DNA from: Sulfurimonadaceae bacterium
Lineage (GTDB): Bacteria; Campylobacterota; Campylobacteria; Campylobacterales; Sulfurimonadaceae
Assembly: GCA_041553195.1 (NCBI GenBank)
Contig: JBFEJN010000004.1
Coordinates: forward strand, 3,036 to 67,035
Length of the DNA stretch: 64,000 nt
Reading direction: 5' to 3'
Shown here: one piece after another, positions 56,944-64,000 of the stretch
Numbering within the stretch: the stretch's first letter is position 1
How the letters are laid out: each line of letters starts with the position of its first letter
Program-made: the position numbers and the translations under genes
The notes under the pieces: model-generated
Told to the model about the DNA's origin: nothing
Databases searched by the model: none
What the model saw: only the letters and a program-made list of their open reading frames with translations

Positions 56944-58155
56944 TTGATACCTTTAGAAAAAATAGAACAAGCGCACCACCGTATTAAAGGTGTTGCCGTC
57001 AATACTCCATTCTCATATGCTCCATTTCTGAGCGGCGAAAGCGGTGTCGAGGTCTATCTTAAAAAAGAGAACCTTCAGATGACAGGGGCATTTAAACTTC
57101 GCGGTGCCTTTAACAAGATCGCTTCACTTTCTGATGCCGAGCGGGCGCAGGGTGTTGTGGCTGCCAGTGCCGGCAACCATGCCCAGGGTGTTGCCTATTC
57201 TGCGCAACACTTTGGCATTCGTGCCGTCATTGTCATGCCAGATTCAACCCCGCTTACGAAAATAAACGGTGTACGTCATTTCGGTGCCGAAGTTATTTTG
57301 GCGGGCAGCAATTATGATGAAGCGTATGCATATGCGACGACATACGGAAAAGAAAACGGTCTTGTCTTCGTACACCCTTTTGAGGATGCAGAGGTCATTG
57401 CCGGGCAGGGTACGATCGCGTTGGAGATTCTGGAAAAAGCGGACGATCTGGACGCGGTTATTGTCCCGGTAGGCGGTGGCGGGCTTATCTCCGGTATTGC
57501 AGCAACGATTAAAGCGATCAATCCAAAGATCGAAGTAGTCGGTGTCAGTGCAGCCGGCGCGCCGGCACTCAAAAACTCCTTTGATGCCAAAACACCGATC
57601 GACTCTCTTTCTGTACGTACGATCGCAGACGGTATAGCGGTAAGAGATTGCTCCCCGATCACACTTAACTACATGCTGGAGACAGTGGACACTTTCATTA
57701 CCGTAGATGAAAATGAGATAGCAAGTGCGATCCTTTTCTTGCTTGAAAAGCAAAAACTTGTTGTCGAAGGGGCCGGAGCTGTTGGCGTTGCTGCTCTTTT
57801 ACACAAGAAACTGCCGCATTTGGCAGGCAAAAAAGTAGCGGTTGTTCTCAGTGGCGGGAATGTTGATGTAACGCTGCTCTCTGTTATTATCGAAAAAGGT
57901 CTGATCAAGTCGCACCGTAAGCTCAAGCTGACCGTGACCCTGGTTGACAAACCGGGTTCGTTAATGTCATTGACCCAACTCCTCAAAGATCTAACGGCAA
58001 ATATTGTTCATATCGCGTATGACCGTACCTCGACCGATCTTGATTACGGTGATGCAAATGTCACGATCCACCTTGAGACGAAAGGTGAAGAACACCAAAA
58101 AGAGATCGTTAAAACACTGCATGACAACGGTTACCTCAGTAACGAATTCCACTAA
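56944..58155 (+). CDS. ilvA: Threonine ammonia-lyase with C-terminal ACT domain
   Basis: ENLQMTGAFKLRGA, SAGNHAQG, PVGGGGL, DKPG. Confidence 0.92.
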   Translation: MIPLEKIEQAHHRIKGVAVNTPFSYAPFLSGESGVEVYLKKENLQMTGAFKLRGAFNKIASLSDAERAQGVVAASAGNHAQGVAYSAQHFGIRAVIVMPDSTPLTKINGVRHFGAEVILAGSNYDEAYAYATTYGKENGLVFVHPFEDAEVIAGQGTIALEILEKADDLDAVIVPVGGGGLISGIAATIKAINPKIEVVGVSAAGAPALKNSFDAKTPIDSLSVRTIADGIAVRDCSPITLNYMLETVDTFITVDENEIASAILFLLEKQKLVVEGAGAVGVAALLHKKLPHLAGKKVAVVLSGGNVDVTLLSVIIEKGLIKSHRKLKLTVTLVDKPGSLMSLTQLLKDLTANIVHIAYDRTSTDLDYGDANVTIHLETKGEEHQKEIVKTLHDNGYLSNEFH

Positions 58156-58206
58156 TAATTTTTTTATAGATGGCCTTTGCCATCTGCTCTCTGCAAAGGT
58201 TTTTCC

Positions 58207-59163
58207 ATGATAGCAATTGACCTGGGTTCAAACAGTTTTCGCTGTATTGAGTATGATTGTGAGACAAAGCAATTCGGCCGCAGTTTTGAATGCATCGTCA
58301 AGACGGCTGACAGAATGCATGAGACCGGCATTATCAGTGACGGTGCAGTTGAACGGGTTGTCGCTGCTCTCAAGGGTGCTGATGATGTGTTGGATCTGAA
58401 ATCTAATGACGTCAGGGCTGTGACAACACAGGCAATGCGTATGGCGAGCAACGCTGAGGATGTCATCAGCACGATCAAGGAACAAAGCGGTGTTGCGTTT
58501 GAGATCATCAATTCCGATGAGGAAGCCTTCTATACCTTGATCGCTGTCGAAGCGCGTTTGCAGGCATTACAACTCGAAAGCAGCCATTTCGTTCTTATCG
58601 ATGTCGGGGGCGGTTCAACTGAGATCATCTTTTATAACGAAGGTACGATGCAGAGCAGAAGCTTTCCGATCGGTATTGTGACAACAGCGCAGGTCTGTGA
58701 AGAACATCAAAATTTTCATACGTATCTGGATAAGCAGTTTCAAGATCTGGTCACCTATGTAAGGCATTATTATGAGAACGTCGGTAAACCGCACGTTTTT
58801 ATTGCGACGGCTGGTACACCGACAACCATGGCGGCGTATCTGCTTGGGATGAATTATCAAGACTACGATGTTGACAAGATCAATGGCTATAGACTCTCGT
58901 TAGAAGGCACACAGCAGGCACTCGATGGGCTGATGGCATTAAGTGAAGAGAAGAGGGCTGAAGTGGTCGGTGTCGGGCGAGAAAGTCTGATACTCGCCGG
59001 AATCGTCATCGTTCAAAAGCTGTATGATGTTTTGGGATTTAACGAGGCAGTTGTGATTGATGACGGCGTACGCGAGGGCGTGGCAATAGACTATTGCCAA
59101 AAGGCTAACGCTTCAACTCGTTCCAACAGTTCCAATCCATACGGCAGAGATTTGAGTGTTTAG
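58207..59163 (+). CDS. ppx: Ppx/GppA family phosphatase
   Basis: IDLGSNS, T.AMR, DVGGGSTE, GVREG. Confidence 0.88.
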   Translation: MIAIDLGSNSFRCIEYDCETKQFGRSFECIVKTADRMHETGIISDGAVERVVAALKGADDVLDLKSNDVRAVTTQAMRMASNAEDVISTIKEQSGVAFEIINSDEEAFYTLIAVEARLQALQLESSHFVLIDVGGGSTEIIFYNEGTMQSRSFPIGIVTTAQVCEEHQNFHTYLDKQFQDLVTYVRHYYENVGKPHVFIATAGTPTTMAAYLLGMNYQDYDVDKINGYRLSLEGTQQALDGLMALSEEKRAEVVGVGRESLILAGIVIVQKLYDVLGFNEAVVIDDGVREGVAIDYCQKANASTRSNSSNPYGRDLSV

Positions 59164-59403
59164 ACTTGCAGTGCAGAGATTAAGCGATGTACAAGTCAGA
59201 CAAATGCTCTTAACACTGCACAGTTTTCACATCGTAAGGTACTGATCAATCAGCGCAATATTAAATTTGTTTGAAAGAAAAACAGACTCCGATATTTAAC
59301 AAAAAATATAGCTTGTTTTGCCTATAATAGGCGAATTTTTTCATCTCCGGGGTTTTGGAGAAGCAGTCAAATATTGATTGTATTATATTTTTGAGGAGAC
59401 GCT

Positions 59404-61104
59404 ATGCAGATCAGCGGAGCGCAGATGGTTATCGAGGCATTGATCGCCGAAGATGTAGACACCGTTTTTGGATACCCGGGTGGGGCCATTATGAACGTTT
59501 ATGATGAGATTTACAAGCAAGATGGTTTTGAACATATCTTGACACGTCATGAACAAGCTGCTATTCACGCAGCCGAAGGTTATTCGAAGGTCACGGGTAA
59601 AGTCGGTGTCGCAATGATCACATCGGGTCCTGGTTTTACAAATGCAGTCACCGGCCTTGCCGATGCCTATATGGACTCCATCCCTATGGTCGTTATCTCA
59701 GGACAGGTGCCGATGAGTCTCATTGGGACGGATGCTTTCCAGGAGATCGATGCTATCGGTATCAGCCGCTCGTGTACAAAACACAACTACCTCGTAACAG
59801 ATGCTAAAGACCTTCCGCGTATTTTGAAAGAGGCGTTTCATATTGCGGCAACCGGTCGTCCTGGTCCGGTGCATGTTGATATTCCAAAGGATGTTACAGC
59901 GCAGATCGAAGAGTTCGTCTATCCTGACACTATTGAGATCCCGACGTACAAACCGCATACAAAAGGCAACAAGCGCCAGATCAAAAAAGCAGTTGAGGCG
60001 ATTGCTGAAGCAAAACGCCCGCTCTTCTATCTTGGCGGCGGTATTATTAACTCGAATGCAGCAGAAGCTGTGCGCGAACTAGTACAAATGACAGGAATCC
60101 CTGCTGTTGAAACGTTTATGGCACGGGGAACTTTGCGTTATGATGATCCGCTTCTTATCTCTATGCTGGGTATGCACGGTTCATACGCAGCAAATATGGC
60201 CATGAGTGAGACAGACCTTGTTATTGCGTTGGGTGCACGTTTTGACGACCGTGTAACCGGTAAACTTTCCGAGTTCGCAAAACATGCAGGCGTCATCCAT
60301 GTTGACATTGACCCGGCGAGTATCTCTAAGCTTGTCAATGCCGATTATCCGATTGTCGGTGACGTCAAAGGTGTTGTCGAAGAGATGATCGAGTTGGCTA
60401 AAGAGAACGTTGATTCGGAGCGTTACACGCCATGGTTGGAAACGGTTGAGCATTTCGACAAACTTCATCCGCTACGATACAACGAAGATACGGATAACAT
60501 TAAGCCTCAGTGGGTTATTGAACGTGTCGGTCAATTGCTCGGCGATGATGCCAACATTTCGACAGATGTCGGACAGCACCAGATGTGGGCAGCGCAGTTT
60601 TATCCGTTTACCCGTCCTCGTCAATGGATCAGCTCGGGTGGCCTTGGAACGATGGGCTTCGGTTTCCCCGCTGCACTAGGCGTAAAGCGGGGTGCAATGG
60701 ATAAGGTCAGCATTAACTTTACCGGTGACGGTTCAATTTTGATGAACATTCAGGAGTTGATGACGGCTGTAGAGAAGAAACTGCCGGTTATCAACATCAT
60801 CCTGAACAACAACTACCTTGGTATGGTCCGTCAGTGGCAGACACTTTTTTACGACAAGCGCCATTCCGAGACAGACCTTTCCGTACAACCTGACTTTGTC
60901 ATGTTGGCGCAGAGTTTCGGGGGTGTCGGTTATGTTGTTAAGACTAAAGAAGAGTTTGATGCAGCATTGAAAGATGCAATTGAGAAAAATGTTGTTGCTT
61001 TGATCGATGTCAAAGTTGAGCGTTTGGAAAATGTTTTACCGATGGTTCCCTCAGGCGGATCACTGTTTAACATGATGTTACTAGAAAACAAGAAGGAGTC
61101 ATAA
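59404..61104 (+). CDS. ilvB: Acetolactate synthase large subunit
   Basis: GYPGGA, RHEQ, TSGPG, DVGQHQMW, GDGS ThDP motif; TATAAT at 59323-59328; GAGGAG RBS. Confidence 0.95.
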   Translation: MQISGAQMVIEALIAEDVDTVFGYPGGAIMNVYDEIYKQDGFEHILTRHEQAAIHAAEGYSKVTGKVGVAMITSGPGFTNAVTGLADAYMDSIPMVVISGQVPMSLIGTDAFQEIDAIGISRSCTKHNYLVTDAKDLPRILKEAFHIAATGRPGPVHVDIPKDVTAQIEEFVYPDTIEIPTYKPHTKGNKRQIKKAVEAIAEAKRPLFYLGGGIINSNAAEAVRELVQMTGIPAVETFMARGTLRYDDPLLISMLGMHGSYAANMAMSETDLVIALGARFDDRVTGKLSEFAKHAGVIHVDIDPASISKLVNADYPIVGDVKGVVEEMIELAKENVDSERYTPWLETVEHFDKLHPLRYNEDTDNIKPQWVIERVGQLLGDDANISTDVGQHQMWAAQFYPFTRPRQWISSGGLGTMGFGFPAALGVKRGAMDKVSINFTGDGSILMNIQELMTAVEKKLPVINIILNNNYLGMVRQWQTLFYDKRHSETDLSVQPDFVMLAQSFGGVGYVVKTKEEFDAALKDAIEKNVVALIDVKVERLENVLPMVPSGGSLFNMMLLENKKES

Positions 61105-61574
61105 TGCAAGATGAAAGAAGAGTAATCTCTGTAATTGTGGCAAACGAGGCGAGTGTACTTTCGCGTATTTCCGGGCTTTTTTCGGCACGTGGTTACAATG
61201 TTGTCTCATTGACTGTTGCGCCGATCCCAGACAGTGAATATTCACGTCTGACAATTGTTACGATGGGATCAGTACGCGTTATCGAGCAGATCACAAAACA
61301 GCTTCATAAACTTATCCCTGTTCTTCGTGTCACCGATACGAAAGAGATGATCGAAAAAGAGATGGTCCTTGTCAAGTTCCCGATCAGTGAAGACTTGAGC
61401 GACATCTCTGTTCTTTCAAACGCGTATAATGGTAAGATCGCGAATGTAAGTGAAGATACGATCATTGTTATGGTCGCTGATGAACCAAAGCGAGTAGAGC
61501 ATTTTTTAATGGCAATCAAACGTTTCCATCCGACAGAGATCGTTCGTGGCGGTACAGTCGCAGTAGAACGTTGA
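61104..61574 (+). CDS. ilvN: Acetolactate synthase small subunit
   Basis: VLSRISGLFSARGYN ACT domain; KQLHKL. Confidence 0.92.
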   Translation: MQDERRVISVIVANEASVLSRISGLFSARGYNVVSLTVAPIPDSEYSRLTIVTMGSVRVIEQITKQLHKLIPVLRVTDTKEMIEKEMVLVKFPISEDLSDISVLSNAYNGKIANVSEDTIIVMVADEPKRVEHFLMAIKRFHPTEIVRGGTVAVER

Positions 61575-61590
61575 TGATTAAGGGATCGCG

Positions 61591-62547
61591 ATGATAGACT
61601 TAAAGACGCTGATGCGCGAGATAGACGTCGAGTTCGATGGTAAGTCTATTTCTATTTCGTCGATGAACACACTCAGTGCCGCGACCGAGAGTGAGTTGAG
61701 CTTTTTGCAGAATAAAAACTATATCAAAGAGCTTACAGAGACAAAAGCGGGTGCGGTGTTTGTCTCTCCCGGGATGATCCAACACGTTCCGGAATCGACC
61801 ATTGCTGTTGTTGTTGAAGAGCCATATTTGGCGCTTGCAAAAGCAAGTAAGTTCTTTGCCCCTGCATTGATCGATCAAGATGGCCCAGAACCTGTAATAG
61901 GTGAAGGCACACAAATAGCCGAAGGTGCAAATTTGGCAAAAGGTACCATCATCGGCAAAAACTGTACGATTATGCCGGGTGCTTACATCGGCCGCGATGC
62001 GGTTATCGGTGACAACACGGTCATTCACTCTAATGTTTCTGTGTATCACGACTGTAAAATAGGGTCAAACTGTATCATTCACGCCTCTTCGGTCATAGGC
62101 AGTGACGGTTTCGGTTTTGCAACGACAAAGCTGGGTACACATGTCAAGATCTATCAAAACGGTAATGTTGTCGTTAAAGACGATGTAGAGATCGGTTCAT
62201 GTACTACCGTGGATAGAGCTGCTTTTGGGACAACCTTGATCAAAGAGGGGGTCCGTATCGACAACCTGGTACAGGTCGGGCATAACTGTGTAATCGGTGA
62301 GTACGCTGTATTGGTCTCACAGTCAGGTGTAGCCGGTTCAACAGAGTTGGGACGTAATGTTGTCCTGGGTGGACAGTCTGCAGCAGCAGGGCATCTTAAA
62401 ATAGCACCCTTCACAACGTTCGCTGCACGCTCTGGAATCACAAACGATGTAAAAGAGAGTCATAAAGTCTATGGAGGCTTTCCATTGATGGAGCAGCGCA
62501 CCTGGCTTAAACTACAGGTCAAACTTTCTCGCTTGCTGAAGTCGTAG
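61591..62547 (+). CDS. lpxD: UDP-3-O-(3-hydroxymyristoyl)glucosamine N-acyltransferase
   Basis: Hexapeptide repeats, IGSDGFG, DVEIG..TTVDRA, IDNLVQVGHN. Confidence 0.95.
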   Translation: MIDLKTLMREIDVEFDGKSISISSMNTLSAATESELSFLQNKNYIKELTETKAGAVFVSPGMIQHVPESTIAVVVEEPYLALAKASKFFAPALIDQDGPEPVIGEGTQIAEGANLAKGTIIGKNCTIMPGAYIGRDAVIGDNTVIHSNVSVYHDCKIGSNCIIHASSVIGSDGFGFATTKLGTHVKIYQNGNVVVKDDVEIGSCTTVDRAAFGTTLIKEGVRIDNLVQVGHNCVIGEYAVLVSQSGVAGSTELGRNVVLGGQSAAAGHLKIAPFTTFAARSGITNDVKESHKVYGGFPLMEQRTWLKLQVKLSRLLKS

Positions 62548-62665
62548 ACTTCGGCTTTTCTACGTTTATCTCACCTTTCTTATTTCCTATTTTCACTACT
62601 AAAAATAATATTTCTTCAAGTTAAAAGAGATACACTATAAGATATTTTAAGACAAGGAACATCAT

Positions 62666-62887
62666 ATGAGCGGTAAAGTCACATTAGAAACAAGTATTCC
62701 ACTGGAGGGCACAAAAAACGGTGTTATTTCGATCTCACAGATTGAAGAGCCTTACGGTCCAAAGTCCGGTACGGTAGCAAGTATCGGCATCTCTCTTGCA
62801 GGTAATGCAGAAGAACCTGAATGGAAAGTACATCTTCCGCTTGGTAACCTTGACGCTGTCATAGAGGCTCTTCAAAAACTGAAATAA
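62666..62887 (+). CDS. Small hypothetical protein
   Basis: 73 aa; AAGGA RBS; followed by a hairpin. Confidence 0.7.
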   Translation: MSGKVTLETSIPLEGTKNGVISISQIEEPYGPKSGTVASIGISLAGNAEEPEWKVHLPLGNLDAVIEALQKLK

Positions 62888-62893
62888 CCTCTT

Positions 62894-62924
62894 TTGCACC
62901 CTTAAAGGTGCAAGGCTTCCTTTT
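62894..62924 (+). terminator. Probable terminator
   Basis: TTGCACC-cttaaa-GGTGCAA followed by a pyrimidine/T tract. Confidence 0.55.
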
Positions 62925-63023
62925 ACAACATATTTTCTTTTTATCATTATTTATAATATTTATCTACAGCTAAATCACAGTTTTTCTATTTTATACTAAA
63001 ACAAAACGGTATTAGGATATCTT

Positions 63024-63554
63024 ATGAAACGCAGGGTGATAACAGCTGTTTTGATTACTGTAGTAATCGCTGTAACAATGTACTGCCTTCCTGCTTCTAA
63101 AGCGGAGAGGGTCATGGTCTTTCCAAAATGGAAAAAGAGCTATGACTTGACAAAAGGGATCATTGAGTCTGATGCGCATAACGCTTATGTTGAGATACTT
63201 ATGAATAAAAAAGCGGTGGATGCGTACATCAATGTAAAACCGTCCTTCCCGGTCGGATCAGAGGTTTTTAAACCGCTTTACAGTGATGCTGAGGGCAAAT
63301 CATTCGCACGTTTGGTCATTATGGTCAAGATGGAAGAGGGATATGACAGTGCGCATGGCGATTGGTGGTACGGTGTATATGACGAAAGCGGTACCAAGAT
63401 GGCATACGAAGGGCGGATTCCGGAGTGTATAAGCTGTCATGCTATGGCGAAAGAGACGGACTATATGTTTTCTCGCAGTGTCATGAAGAAGCTGCATGGT
63501 ATCGATACAAATGAGTTTGAAGAATACTTTCCGGATGATGGAGAAACATATTGA
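63024..63554 (+). CDS. Cytochrome P460 / c'-beta family protein
   Basis: Signal peptide; FP.GS..FK, MVK, GDWWYG; C-terminal CISCH followed by DYMF. Confidence 0.8.
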   Translation: MKRRVITAVLITVVIAVTMYCLPASKAERVMVFPKWKKSYDLTKGIIESDAHNAYVEILMNKKAVDAYINVKPSFPVGSEVFKPLYSDAEGKSFARLVIMVKMEEGYDSAHGDWWYGVYDESGTKMAYEGRIPECISCHAMAKETDYMFSRSVMKKLHGIDTNEFEEYFPDDGETY

Positions 63555-63900
63555 CCCCGATCAATCCTTGATGAAATGATTATTGTCAGAAATGATATAA
63601 CCATTTGAACCGTAGATACCCTTTCAATATTTTCAAAAAAAACTTTTAAATACAAACTTACAGTACTTCTGATTCGCAATGTAGCGTAGTTCAACGATTA
63701 TTCGGTTCTATAATTGTGATATTTCAATAATATCTTGTATGTCATTCTACAACATTTGCATGTTCAGTTAATCCACAAATAAATAGTATATATGTTAAAA
63801 GTAATTATTGCTTGTTTTTAACAAAAAAAGTTTATTTAAATGTTAACTTCAGCTTAGAAGTTATAAAATGAAATGATTTTCTTATATTCAAGGAGTGAAA

Positions 63901-64000
63901 ATGAAAGTTCAAAGTTATATTGTATTATCAGCGCTGACAGCAGCACTGATTGGTTTTGCAGGTTGTGGTAGTGATAGTGAGGATGCAGTAACTACTGTCA
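63901..64000 (+). CDS. Lipoprotein, truncated by the window end
   Basis: AAGGAG RBS; MKVQSYIVLSALTAALIGFAGC lipobox. Confidence 0.75.
   Translation, partial: MKVQSYIVLSALTAALIGFAGCGSDSEDAVTTV

Noticed and set aside
59204-59245. Leu/Ile/Val-containing mini-ORF as an ilvBN attenuator leader
   Set aside because: It has no RBS, lies upstream of the likely -10 box at 59323, and has no terminator/antiterminator pair.
1-64000. rRNA, tRNA, riboswitch, transposase, integrase or prophage genes
   Set aside because: None recognised by eye; a covariance-model scan would be needed to exclude small RNAs.

Overview
A 64 kb bacterial chromosomal segment, very likely from Campylobacterota of the Sulfurimonas/Sulfurovum type. 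This is inferred from a fused CcsBA, an SdhABE-type fumarate reductase/succinate dehydrogenase, epsilon-type SoxY/SoxZ domains and the S4-trpD-tsaE-lptB gene order. Most of the window is housekeeping: polA, dnaJ, recR, mltA, thiL, truD, psd, trpD, tsaE, lptB, ilvA, ilvBN, lpxD, and carboxy(nor)spermidine synthesis. An accessory stretch runs from about 16 to 27 kb. No rRNA, tRNA, transposase or CRISPR array could be supported. The main oddities are: (1) a tandem pair of membrane signalling proteins in which all three phospho-accepting histidines (HisKA and two Hpt) are replaced while two receiver aspartates remain; (2) an AT-rich orphan SoxZ-SoxY fusion with a non-canonical Cys arm, flanked by a duplicated gene-end scar; (3) a lipoprotein with a two-disulfide Kunitz domain; (4) an MsrA with GCFC in place of GCFW; and (5) three families of structured intergenic repeats, one showing compensatory base changes. 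All family assignments come from motifs and alignments read by eye; no database searches were run.
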